From Pristiophorus japonicus (Eukaryota), in the NCBI RefSeq assembly GCF_044704955.1, contig NC_091978.1, positions 375,162,001 through 375,226,000 of the forward strand: 64,000 nt of DNA. The letters run 5' to 3'. Both the position numbers and the translations under genes were made by a program. Shown one piece after another: positions 25,501 through 34,900 of this stretch. Under the pieces are notes generated by a model, which saw only the letters and a program-made list of their open reading frames with translations, did no database searches and had not been told where the DNA came from. Position 1 is the stretch's first letter; the number at the start of each line of letters is the position of its first letter.

Positions 25501-28166
25501 TTTAAGTTAAATTGTTTTAATTGCCGGTGCTTTTAGTGTCCCCCTCCCTTTTTATAGGGGGCACTTGGAGAAAAATTCAATTCTGTGCCAAAAAAAAAAG
25601 GCATTGTAAATGTTGGTGTTTTCCCCCAGATCGGGGGGCACCGTTTAATGTTTTTGTTTACTCCTAAAAGAGTTTCATGCACAAGGAGGGGCACGGTTTA
25701 ATGTTTTATGTTTACTCCAAAAAGAGTTTCATGCACAAGGACCCCAGGTCCCTCTGCACCGCAACATGTTGTAATTTCTCCCCATTTAAATAATATTCCC
25801 TTTTACTGTTTTTTTTTTCCCCAAGGTGGATGACCTCACACTTTCCGACATTGTATTCCATCTGCCAAACCTTAGCCCATTCGCTTAACCAATCTAAATC
25901 TCTTTGCAGCCTCTCTGTGTCCTCTACACAACCCGCTTTCCCACTAATCTTTGTGTCATCTGCAAATTTTGTTACACTACACTCTGTCCCCTCTTCCAAG
26001 TCATCTATGTATATTGTAAACAGTTGTGGTCCCAGCACCGATCCCTGTGACACACCACTAACCACCGATTTCCAACCCGAAAAGGACCCATTTATCCCGA
26101 CTCTCTGCTTTCTGTTAGCCAGCCAATTCTCGATCTATGCTAATACATTTCCTCTGACTCCACGTACCTTTATCTTCTGCAGTAACCTTTTGTGTGGCAC
26201 CTTATCGAATGCCTTTTGGAAATCTAAATACACCACATCTATCGGTACACCTCTATCCACCATGCTCGTTATATCCTCAAAGAATTCCAGTAAATTAGTT
26301 AAACATGATTTCCCCTTCATGAATCCATGTTGCATCTGCTTGATTGCACTATTCCTATCTAGATGTCCCGCTATTTCTTCCTTAATGATAGTTTCAAGCA
26401 TTTTCCCCACGACAGATGTTAAACTAACCGGCCTATAGTTACCTGCCTTTTGTCTGCCCCCTTTTTTAAACAGAGGCGTTATATTAGCTACTTTCCAATC
26501 CGATGGCACCTCCCCAGAGTCCAGAGAATTTTGGTAGATTATAACGAATGCATCTGCTATAACTTCCGCCATCTCTTTTAATACCCTGGGATGCATTTCA
26601 TCAGGACCAGGGGACTTGTCTACCTTGAGATCCATTAGCCTGTCCAGCACTACCCCCCTAGTGATAGTGATTGTCTCAAGGTCCTCCCTTCCCACATTCC
26701 CCGTGACCAGCAATTTGTGGCATGGTTTTTGTGTCTTCCACTGTGAAGACCGAAGCAAAATAATTGTTTAAGGTCTCAGCCATTTCCACATTTCCCATTA
26801 TTAAATCCCCCTTCTCATCTTCTAAGGGACCAACATTTACTTTAGTCACTCTTTGCCGTTTTATATATCGGTAAAAGCTTTTACTATCTGTTTTTATGTT
26901 TTGCGCAAGTTTACTTTCGTAATCTAGCTTTCGTTTCTTTATTGCTTTCTTAGTCATTCTTTGCTGTCGTTTAAAATTTCCCACTAACCTTGGCCACCTT
27001 ATACGCATTGGTTTTTAATTTGATACTCTAAACCTTGCTAGTTTCAGTGGGACACTGCACTTGATCGAGGTAATGCAGTGAGGGAAATGCCAAGGTTCCT
27101 CCTGATGTGGCTTTCGGATGGTTCGTTCTGGAATGTGGGGTTGAGGACAAGATTAGTCATAGAAGTGATGTCTTCACTCATCATCTACACTCAGATGAAG
27201 AATAGTTTGTGTTCTATAAATCAGGACATAGAATACAAGTGCAAGGAAGTTATCGTAAATTTATTCAAGGCAATGGTTAGGCCACAGTTAAAGTAATTTG
27301 TTCAGTTTTGGGTGTCCCATTCTGGAAGGGCATTAAAGCCAGAGAGTGCCTACAGTGTAGATTCACCAGGATGATGCCAGGAATGGGAAACTTTAGTAAT
27401 GAGGAGGGACTGGAGATGCTGAGACTTTCAGCTGGAGTTGAGAAGGCTGAGGAGATCAAATAGAATTTTTTAAAAAAAATGAATAGTTTTGATGGGATGA
27501 ATAGGGAAAGACTAATTCCTCTGTTTAGGAAGTCAGTGATGGAATTGTCAATTTAAAGTCATTGAGCGGTTCAGAGAAATCTCTGGAGCAAGAAATCCTT
27601 TGCCACAGGAAATGGCTGAAGCAGGCCATTCCATTTTTGAACAGAAAAGTGGATAAACATTTGATGCGAGGGAAGATGCAGGATTATGGGAAGAGAGCAG
27701 AGCAGTGGGATTAGTTTTGGATTAGCAGAGAACCAGCACATAAGCTGAAGGGCTGTCAATTTCTGTGGATCTTTGGCCTTTTGAGCAGGTTAATAGCAAC
27801 TCACTATCGGATGGACCATGTGGCTTAATACAGAAATGAATGCTTAGATTTAGAATTTTCTTTTAGTACTTAACTCTTAAACCAGTTTAATTAATTTAAC
27901 GCACATGATGTTTGTAATGGCTCTGCAAGCTGATTGAGTTGGTTTAGTTGCTGCACTTTGTAACCCAGGTTAATGTTTACTCTGCCTTTTACTCCAGTGA
28001 TGCCAGCAAGACTGTGAGCAGCCCACCCACATCCCCACGGCCTGGCATCGCAGCAGCAGTCGCATCTTCCAGCAACATTGTGCCCCCTCGACAACAGAAG
28101 CCTTCCGCTGCCTCCAAGAAAAAACAGCAACAGAAAAAGAAAAAGGGTGGAAAAGGGGGGTGGTGA
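1424..28166 (+). CDS. SRP72: Signal recognition particle subunit SRP72, 5'-partial, 13 exons: join(1424-1548,1644-1701,4037-4168,6659-6787,8573-8645,8846-8910,12198-12293,14914-15017,16866-16943,17878-18015,21514-21551,23760-23919,27998-28166)
   Basis: Manual splicing at AG/GT boundaries gives one continuous frame: DMSDEEIAAELAIIHAQMAY...KLPKNYDPKVPPDPERWLPMRERSYYRG...KKKKGGKGGW*. Includes the SRP RNA-binding PDPERWLP motif; exon phases are consistent throughout. Confidence 0.98.
1644..1701 (+). CDS. SRP72: SRP72 exon (PSDVGLLAVTANNIITLNK)
   Basis: ctgcag|G ... AAG|gtacgt; 58 nt. Confidence 0.96.
2240..2580 (+). mobile_element. Degraded L2-clade LINE RT fragment
   Basis: ttccacatgtacactgat...catctctacctctccacc encodes an FHMYxD..LYLST-like RT motif. 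Confidence 0.55.
2845..3003 (+). mobile_element. CR1 LINE 3' end fragment
   Basis: CR1 3' UTR ending cctatttcttatgttcttat. Confidence 0.8.
3260..3837. mobile_element. Non-autonomous PIF/Harbinger-type DNA transposon (MITE)
   Basis: TAA TSD (3257-59, 3838-40); imperfect TIR GGCCCTGATATTGG / CCGAGTTCGGGCCC; GC/CpG-rich body. Confidence 0.6.
4037..4168 (+). CDS. SRP72: SRP72 exon (DQNVFDSKKKVKLTNTEGVEHKLTQKQLQAVEFNKALLAMHTNQ)
   Basis: ttccag|GAC ... CAG|gtaacg; 132 nt. Confidence 0.97.
4345..5300 (-). mobile_element. Penelope-like retroelement remnant (GIY-YIG endonuclease plus terminal repeat)
   Basis: ORF 4788-5261 has FTCTSFNVVYCIRCSRCGLLSIGETKRRLGDRFAEH, a Penelope GIY-YIG signature; terminal sequence shared with 14198-14335. 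Confidence 0.85.
5315..5898 (+). mobile_element. CR1/L2-group LINE 3' end
   Basis: LSTIYKAQVRSVMEYSPLAW thumb-region peptide followed by 3' UTR and A-rich end. Confidence 0.8.
6659..6787 (+). CDS. SRP72: SRP72 exon (ADQCRKLTLGLQKQNPETPLPVLIQAAQLCREKQHTKAIQLLE)
   Basis: gcttag|GCT ... GAG|gtaagc; 129 nt. Confidence 0.97.
7878..8430. repeat. 29-bp minisatellite (CAGTGATCTCCCTGTGTGTGAGCGGGGTA), about 19 units
   Basis: Direct tandem repeat visible, with three variable positions. Confidence 0.95.
8573..8645 (+). CDS. SRP72: SRP72 exon (EFLEQHPESAVEIKMTMAQLYLVQ)
   Basis: tttaag|GAG ... CAAG|gtgaat; 73 nt. Confidence 0.95.
8846..8910 (+). CDS. SRP72: SRP72 exon (GHVTKACDILRSIDETLNKLGM)
   Basis: ctcaag|GT ... 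ATG|gtaagt; 65 nt. Confidence 0.95.
8938..9087 (-). mobile_element. CR1 3' end fragment
   Basis: Reverse CR1 tail: acatagaacataagcaataggagcaggag. Confidence 0.85.
10511..11859 (-). mobile_element. Internally deleted LTR retrotransposon (Gypsy-like) with nested CR1
   Basis: TGTTATGT...ACATAACA termini; 4-bp TSD GGTT (10507-10, 11860-63); polypurine tract on minus strand 11801-11815; LTR end repeated at 11777-11800 and 11836-11859. Confidence 0.85.
10686..11766 (-). mobile_element. 5'-truncated young CR1 LINE
   Basis: RT motifs [15 protein letters not shown]; TSD AGAAT (10681-85, 11767-71); same family as 37381-41237. Confidence 0.95.
12198..12293 (+). CDS. SRP72: SRP72 exon (VSALVTMYSHEEDIDTAIEIFCQAIQWYQEHQ)
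   Basis: taatag|GTG ... CAG|gtaaat; 96 nt. Confidence 0.97.
12650..13990 (-). mobile_element. CR1 5' part (ORF1 SGNH esterase and start of ORF2 endonuclease), degraded
   Basis: VMVHIGTN and [20 protein letters not shown] peptides match ORF1 at 40458-41220. Confidence 0.85.
14198..14335 (-). mobile_element. Penelope terminal-repeat remnant with minimal hammerhead-like motif
   Basis: Similar to 4345-4440; minus strand reads AGTT-CTGACGA...GAAACGTT-AACT. Confidence 0.7.
14914..15017 (+). CDS. SRP72: SRP72 exon (PNTPAHLSLIREAANFKLKYGRQKEAISDLEQLWR)
   Basis: atatag|CCG ... AG|gtatgc; 104 nt. Confidence 0.97.
15030..16241 (-). mobile_element. CR1 LINE ORF2 internal fragment
   Basis: [26 protein letters not shown] peptides with frameshifts. 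Confidence 0.93.
16866..16943 (+). CDS. SRP72: SRP72 exon (QNPEDVRTLAQLISAYSLVDSEKAKT)
   Basis: ttctag|A ... AC|gtatcctttt (U12-type donor); 78 nt. Confidence 0.96.
16944..17877 (+). other. U12-type (minor spliceosome) GT-AG intron of SRP72
   Basis: 5' site GTATCCTTTT matches the U11 consensus; branch-like TTTCCTAAAC at 17854-17863 ends 14 nt before the exon. Confidence 0.88.
17155..17655 (+). mobile_element. CR1 3' end, inside the U12 intron
   Basis: [21 protein letters not shown] plus 3' UTR. Confidence 0.92.
17878..18015 (+). CDS. SRP72: SRP72 exon (LSKHLPSPDAMSFKVDVDALENSHGATYIRKKAAKVGGESQLKERG)
   Basis: gtgcag|A ... GG|gtatgt; 138 nt. Confidence 0.96.
18336..21016 (-). mobile_element. 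CR1 LINE, degraded ORF2 (endonuclease to 3' tail)
   Basis: Successive frameshifted EN/RT peptides; 3' tail at 18336. Confidence 0.93.
21514..21551 (+). CDS. SRP72: SRP72 micro-exon (QGDTKKKKKKKK)
   Basis: ctacag|A ... G|gttttt; 38 nt; lysine cluster. Confidence 0.94.
21720..23290. repeat. C-rich compound minisatellite: (CCACTTTCCCCTCCCC)n then 18-bp (CCCTCGCTCCCTCCCGTC)n
   Basis: Tandem units visible; the long Pro/Gly ORFs here are artefacts. Confidence 0.95.
23291..23490. other. Assembly gap (200 N)
   Basis: Run of N. Confidence 1.
23760..23919 (+). CDS. SRP72: SRP72 exon, RNA-binding domain (KLPKNYDPKVPPDPERWLPMRERSYYRGRKK...AAEL)
   Basis: gtgtag|GT ... CT|gtgagt; 160 nt. Confidence 0.98.
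24539..27029 (-). mobile_element. CR1 LINE, 5'-truncated, interrupted at 25240-25726
   Basis: RT peptides KFADDTK, DFQKAFD; 3' tail at 24539. Confidence 0.95.
25240..25726 (+). mobile_element. Tx1/L1-clade LINE 3' end (two pieces) nested in CR1
   Basis: GC-rich LLLGTAKGAISRTRQR...LFHAYIRSRVSLEMEHA...AFRERWAP, an ORF2 C-terminus-like peptide; CR1 sequence resumes at ttcatgcacaaggacccc. Confidence 0.65.
27215..27760 (+). mobile_element. Old degraded CR1 3' region
   Basis: IEYKCKEVIVNLFKAMVRPQL peptide. Confidence 0.75.
27998..28166 (+). CDS. SRP72: SRP72 last coding exon (DASKTVSSPPTSPRP...KKKKGGKGGW*)
   Basis: ctccag|T GAT...TGG TGA. Confidence 0.97.
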
Positions 28167-28237
28167 CACTTGGATTGTGTTCTGCATGTGCTAAATAATC
28201 AGTGTATGACACAATGTAGTGTTACGGAAGCTTTAGT

Positions 28238-28243
28238 AATAAA
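28238..28243 (+). promoter_or_regulatory. Candidate SRP72 polyadenylation signal (alternative AATAAA at 28687-28692)
   Basis: AATAAA about 70 nt after the stop codon. Confidence 0.45.
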
Positions 28244-28759
28244 GGACTCAATGTGAAGGCCATTTAAATGTTCGAATACGTTTAATTTATACCAGATGCA
28301 GTCTGTATACTGGTGCACACACAGGCCACTGGACACAGGACTTGAGAACCAAATAAGTAATTCATATCAGCATTCATCTTTATCTCAGTTCAGATTCCTG
28401 ACAGACACTGAAGCTTCGACCAGGATTGTCACCAGACTCTTAAAGTAGAGTTTACATCAGAAGTTGTGTTGTGCTAACTTATGGAATGTCACTCAGTTAA
28501 CTTACTGCTTAAAACATTGGTGAAATGCAAGTGCTCAATAACTCTGCCCCAGCTTGGAATGTTAGGTGCCTTATAGTGTTTATGGTAGAATTTTCATTGT
28601 TGAGAATTCTTTGTGGAACTTTTAAAATGTGAAAATGGTTCAATTGCATTTACCAGGTATTCTACTCCTAGTTGTGAAGGTATATAAATAAATGACCCTG
28701 GCGTTTATTTACTCGGAACTGAGAGTGTTGCTTTATGCTGTTACCAACCAGTTACATTC

Positions 28760-29560
28760 TGGGTTTAAGGAGATGCTCGAAGTGCTCCTTCCAGCGGCCA
28801 CTGACTGCCTGTCTGGCCTTGATGAGCACCTCTTCGTCTTGGCTCTCAGTGGAAATGGACCTTGGGTTCTTGGGCCGGAGGTGGTCTTGACTGTGCTAAA
28901 AAATGTGATTGTCGGCTAGTTGCTGGATTCCTGCGCTTTTTCCACCCACCATCTGTTCTTTAGGTCACAAGTTTTTTGTTGGACCTCGGCCTTCAGTTGT
29001 CTGTAGATCTGCTTTCTTTTACTCAAGTTGTAGTGTTGTTTCTAATTCAAAAATGCCTTGCGTTTGCAGTTTATTAGCTCCTGGATCATTCTCATCGAAC
29101 CAGTCGTGATGTTTGCTGGTAGAGTAACCAGGAGTCTCTTTGCAGGTACTAGTTATGGTGGACTTGAGGGCAGACCAGGCGCTGTGGACACACTGCGGCT
29201 CCGGATCATTGGAAGTCGTCGGGTTGGCTGAGAGGTGATGGTTGAACTTTCTTTGAGTGCTTCAGTGTTGATTTTTCTGCGGCTGCACTTCTGTTGCCCC
29301 CGCCATTTTGAGGCTACGTTGATGGAGATAACAGAGCGAATTAGGCGGTGATCAGTCCAGCAGTCGTCGGCTCCTGTCATGGCACGAGTGATGCTGATTA
29401 ACTTGTGGTCCCTCGCTCGGACGATGACGTAGTCTAGCAGATGCCAGTGCCTAGAGCGAGGGTGTGGCCAGGAAGCCTTGTACTTGTTGGTTATGACAAG
29501 ACCATGTTCTAAGCATTTTGGCAGAAGGAGGATATAATTGGAGTTGGTTTTCCCGAGGTC
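28760..29560 (-). mobile_element. RTE-clade LINE endonuclease-region fragment
   Basis: SWPHPRSRHWHLLDYVIVR...CWTDHRL is typical RTE EN. Confidence 0.88.
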
Positions 29561-29582
29561 TCTGTCCTTTCCAATTCTGGAA

Positions 29583-30080
29583 CTCTGCAAATTCACTGGC
29601 AGGATAGGCGCCCCAATGTCAGTGTTCTCAGGTCAACATCCCCAGCATCGAGGCACTGACCACGCTCCGATGGTCAGGCCACATTGTCCGCATGCCCGAT
29701 ACTAGACTCCCAAAACAAATGCTCTGTTCCGAGCTACATCACAGCAGATGGCAGAGGAAACACTTCAAGGACACCCTCAAAGCCTCCTTTTAAAAAAATG
29801 TAACATCCCCACCAACTCTTGGGAATCCCTGTCCCAAGATCGCTCAAAGTGGAGGAGAAACATTCAGGAAGGCGCCAAACATTTCGAGTCTCTCTGCCAA
29901 GTACAAACAGCGGAAGGAGCGTACGACAAATCAGGCACCCCCTCCCCCTCTCTCTCCAACCACCGTCTGCCCCTGTGACAGAGACTGTAGATCCCACATT
30001 GGACTTATCAGTCACCTGAGAACTCCTTTTAGTGTGGAAGCAAGTCATCCTCGACTCCGAGGGACTGCCCGAGAAGACGA
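29583..30080 (+). mobile_element. RTE-clade LINE 3' end
   Basis: RMPDTRLPKQ, WESLSQDRSKWR; tail tcctcgactccgagggactgcc. Confidence 0.88.
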
Positions 30081-31165
30081 CATTATGGGTTTATCACAAT
30101 GGTGTCAATTTCTGATTTTCAGTCTGACAGATTCTTTTTATTAACATTTGAGTTTTGGAAATAAATAAATGATTCTTTTACAGGTGGGGCTTTACTCTTC
30201 AAGATGCTAATCTGTGATGAGTCAAAGAGGATCAAAAGAAACAGTACAAAACCTTAAGAATTTTACAGCAGCTGTTGTGTCTGTCATGGTCATTTCAATT
30301 TGCTTTTGGGAGGCATAAGGGTCTTTTATATTGGTCAGATTCCGGGAACCTGCTATCAGCATTTAGATGACTAAATCCAGTTTCTGTAGAGTTGGTTTTA
30401 CCTGGGTCTGCTACCAGCCACTGGAAGGAGGATTTGGAAACCTAAAGCTGGGGTTCTGGCTCACTGATGCTGGGACCTAAGCTTGCAATAATGGTAGTGG
30501 GACAACAGGTAACATTGCAGGGTTTAAGAAACGACAGATTAGAGGAGACTTTATAGGCAAACCTTCAATGCAATTAAAGAATCAAAGTCAAGATTTTCTG
30601 TTCAAGCATTTTAATGATCTGCTCCAAAATGTAAATGTATTTAAATTGATAATCCCCAGTCATCATTCCTGTACTACAATGCAAACACCTTGGGAGAAAA
30701 TGGGTCAATTGGTCATTTAAAAACACCATTTTGGGTGGTGTCAATAATGTTAAAAATTATTTTTTGATAACATTGTTGGGAAAGCTGGGTTTGTTCAAAT
30801 AAGAGCTTAAAACAATGGCAATATTCTGAAAAACTGCTGAAAACAAAAGAGCACAAGTTGAGGCACCACGTATATTCTCAGAAGAACTGTTAAGGACACT
30901 TTTAAAATCTGCACACTGCTGATTGCAGTGCGACAGAGATGTGGCAAATAATGAGTAAGTTTATGGGAAAAAAGTGAGATAATTACGAGAATGGGCAGCA
31001 CAACGAATGTTAATGATGGGTAAACTTCAATTTAAATGGACAGGGCTGTGTAGCACATTGAATGTCTGTGTTCCCCGGGCGAGGGCTGGGTTACACTGGG
31101 CTGGAGTTGGGAAAGCTGGGTGGGGCCAGGTTGGATAAAGCCGGGTTAAGGTGAGCTGGGCTGGG

Positions 31166-31405
31166 TGAAGGGGCATAGTTTCAGAATAAAGGGTCGCCCA
31201 TTTAAAACTGAGATGAAGAGGAATTTTTTCTCTGAGGGTTGTGAATCTGTGGAATTCTCCTCCCCAGAGAGCTGTGGAGGCTGGGTCATTGAATATATTT
31301 AAGGTGGAGATAGACAGATTTTTGAACGATAAGGGAGTTGGAGCTGAGACCAAGATCAGATCAGCCAAATGGTCTATTCCTGCTCCTGTTTCTTATGTTC
31401 TCATG
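31166..31405 (+). mobile_element. CR1 3' fragment upstream of ARL9
   Basis: VNLWNSPPQRAVEAGSLNIFKVEIDRFL. Confidence 0.85.
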
Positions 31406-31499
31406 GAAGGCCGGCTGGGGTTGGGTTAGGTGAGCTGGGCGGGGTTAAGCCAGGCTTGGTCTGGTTCAGTTGGGTTAAAGGGGGCTGGGCCGGGTTAAA

Positions 31500-31950
31500 G
31501 GGGGCCGGGCGGGGCTGGGATGAGTTGGGTTAAGGCGGGCCGGGCCGGGCCGGGTTGGGTTAAAGCGGGCGGGGCGGCCTGCTCTCGGGCTGACGGCGGC
31601 CCCGGTCACAATGCGGCGGCGGCCCCGCTCACAGAGGCCGGGGTGGGGTGGCGGGGCGGAGCTGCAGCGCCCCGCCCGCCCGCCCGCTTGTCGCTGACTC
31701 GGGGCTGGATCTTGCTGTGCGATGCTGGAGCAGGTTTACCGGGCCGGCCTGCTCGGGGCGGCCGTGGCGCTGGCCGGGGTCATCCTTTACGCCGCTTGGG
31801 ACAAAATCTTCGGCGATAAGCCGGAGGACTTAGCGCCGGTGGCGGGAGCCGGAGCCGGAGTGAGAGCCGGAGCCGGAGTGGAGGTGAGAGCCGGAGTGAG
31901 AGCCGGGGTTCGGGCGCTCGGGGAAGGCAGTGCGCAGGGTGCCAGTGGCT
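31500..31950 (+). promoter_or_regulatory. CpG island / GC-box promoter of ARL9
   Basis: Very GC- and CpG-rich relative to flanks; GGGGCGGAG at 31653-31661; directly upstream of and overlapping the ATG at 31722. Confidence 0.75.
31722..31883 (+). CDS. ARL9: ARL9 putative first coding exon ([37 protein letters not shown]...)
   Basis: ATG in the CpG island, hydrophobic segment, phase-0 donor GAG|gtgaga compatible with the next exon; donor choice is ambiguous. Confidence 0.65.
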
Positions 31951-34900
31951 CTGGGGGCAGACTGGAAGGGGAAGGGAAGGGATTGGGAGGAGAGGAGAGG
32001 AGAAGGGAGGAGAGGAGAGGAGAAGGGAAGGGAGGGGAGAGGAGAAGGGAAGGGAAGGGGGAGGGAAGGGAACGGAGGAGAGGGGAGGGAAGGGATTGGG
32101 AGAGGAGGAGAGGAGAGGAGAGGAGAAGGGGAGGGGAAAGGGGAGGGAAGGAGGGGGGAGAGAGGGGAGGGAAGGGGGGGAGAGAGGGGAGGGAAGGGGG
32201 GGAGAGAGGGGAGGGAAGGGGGGGAGAGAGGGGAGGGAAGAGAGGGGAGGGGAGGGGAGGGAAGAGAGGGGAGGGAAGGGGGGGAGGAGAGGGGAGGGAA
32301 GGGGGGGAGGAGAGGGGAGGGAAGGGGGGGAACGGAGGAGGGGAGGGGAGGGAAGGGAAGGGCCGGGCGGCCTCAGCTTTCCTTTTTGTTGATCTGCAGC
32401 ACATTTGCTGAACGCTTTCAAGGCCCAGTATTGCAAGCCAGCTCTTTGCTATTAATATATTGAGTTTAATTCTATATTGTAGTTCTTACTATTTATGCAA
32501 ATATTGGTAACCTTTTCCCATATCTGCATAATTTCATCCATAAAAAGTTAACAGGTCATCACTTACAGAAAATATCAGTCTGCTTTACTTCCGGGTTTTA
32601 TAAACTTTCCTCTTCACCTGCCCCTCGGTCCTCAGCGATTCTCATTCCAGAGCTTGCCATTTTTTCTTGACTCCTTACTGTGCTACACCTGGACAGGCCT
32701 GTACCTCACTGCGGAGTGTGTCCTGCACAAGAACCAGTTCCAGAGGGAACAAGTCTAACTTGTTTTCCTTTTTATAACTAAAAAAAAAACTAACTTTATG
32801 GTAACCAAGGCGAATTATAAGAGATTTGCAGAATGAGCTACTTTTCAATTTTGGGCTCATTGCTTCAATATGGCCGCCAGGCGTGGCTCACTTCTGAGTC
32901 AGGAGGTTGAGGGGTTAAGTCCCACTCCAGAGACTTGAGCACAAATCCAGGCTGACATTCCAGTGCAGTACTGAGGGAGTGCCGCACTGTCGGAGGGGCA
33001 GTACTGAGGGAGTGCCGCACTGTCGGAGGGGCAGTACTGAGGGAGCGCCGCACTGTCGGAGGGGCAGTACTGAGGAAGTGTCACAAGGGCAGTACTGAGG
33101 GAACTCCGCTGCACTGTCAGAGGGGCAGTACTGAAGGAGCGCTGCACTGTCAGAGGGGCAGGAGTGAGGGAGTGCTGCACTGTTGGGGGGGCAGTAGTGA
33201 GGGAGTGCTGCACTGTCAGAGGAGTAGTAGTGAGAGAGTGCCGCACTGTCGGGAGGGGCAGTACTGAGGGAGCACCACACTGTCGGAGGGGCATTACTGA
33301 GGGCGGTGTTGTCTTTCGGATGAGGTGTTAAACTGAGGCCCTCTGCCCTCTCAGGAGGACGTAAAAGATCCCATGTCACTATTTTGAAGGAAAGCAATGG
33401 CGTTATCTGCTGTGTCCTGGCCAATATTTATCCTCAATCAGCATCTAAAACAGACTATCTGGTCATTATTACATTTGTGGGAGCTTGCTGTGCGTAAATT
33501 GGCTGCCGCATTTCCTACATTACAACAGTGACTGCACTTCAAAAACAACTTCATTGGCTGTGAAGCGCTTTGGGGCTTCCGGTGGTTGTGAAAGGCGCTA
33601 TATAAATGCTACATAGCATGAGAAATTCTTGGCAAGTAAAATCAAGGAAAACCCCAAGATGTTTTATAAATATATTAAGAGTAAGAGGATAACTAAAGAA
33701 AGGATAGGGCCTATTAGAGAGCATGAGGGTACTCTGTGTGTGGAAGCGGAAGATGTGGATATGGTTCGGAATAATTGTTTACTTTGTGTCTGTTCTCACA
33801 AAAGAGAGGGGCAATACAGATACTGCTATCGAGGAGGAGTGTGAAATATTAGATGAAATAAAAATACTGAGAGGAGGTATTAAGGGATTTAGCAGCTTTG
33901 AAAGTATCCCAGGCTGTTGAGCGAAGCAAAAGAGGGAATAGCAGAGGCTTTGACCATCATTTTCCAATCCTCTCTGGCTTCAGGTGTGGTGCCAGAGGAC
34001 TGCTAATGTGGTACCATTGTTTAAGAAGAGTGAAAGGGATAGACCGAGTAATTACAGGCCAGTCAGCCTAACCTCAGTTGTGGGAAAATTATTGGAAAAA
34101 ATCCTGAAGGACAGGATAAATCTACATTTAGAAAGACATGGGTTAATCAGGGACAGTCAGCACGGATTTGTTAAGGGAAGGTCATGTCTGACTGGATTGA
34201 ATTTTTCGAGGAGGTAACCAGGAGGGTTGATGAGGGCAAAGCGTATGCTGTAGTGTATATGGATTTTAGCAAAGCTTTTGATAAGGTCCCACATGGCAGA
34301 CTGGTCATGAAAGTAAAAGCCCATGGGATCCAGGGCAAAGTGGCAAGTTAGATCCAAAATTGGCTCAGAGGCAGGAAGCAAAGGGTAATGGTTGATGGGT
34401 GTTTTTGTGACTGGAAGGATGTTTCCAGTGGGGTTCCGCAGGGCTCAGTGCTAGGTCCTTTGCTTTTTGTGATATACATCAATGATCTGGACTTGAATGT
34501 TGGAGGTATGATTAAGAAGTTTGCAGGTGATACAAAAATCGGCTGTGTGGTTGATAATGAAGAAAGCTGTAGACTGCAGGAAGATATTAATCAACTGGTC
34601 AGGTGGGCAGAACAGTGGCAAATGGAATTTAATCCGGGGAAGTGTGAGGTAATGCATTTGGGGAGGTCTAACCAGGAAAGGGAATACACATTAAATGGTA
34701 GGTCACTGAGAAGTGTAGAGGAACAGAGGGACCTGGGAGTGCAGGTCCACAGATCCCTGAAGGTAGCAGGCCAGGTAGATAAGGTGGTTAAGAAGGCACA
34801 CGGAATGCTTGCATTTATTAACCGAGGTATAGAATATAAGGGCAGGTGGGTTATGCTTGAACTGTATAAAACACTGGTTAGACCACAGCTGGAGTACTGC

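Noticed and set aside
31884-32463. Read-through of the 229-aa ORF and overlapping ORFs
   Set aside because: Beyond the donor the frame is only polypurine repeat.
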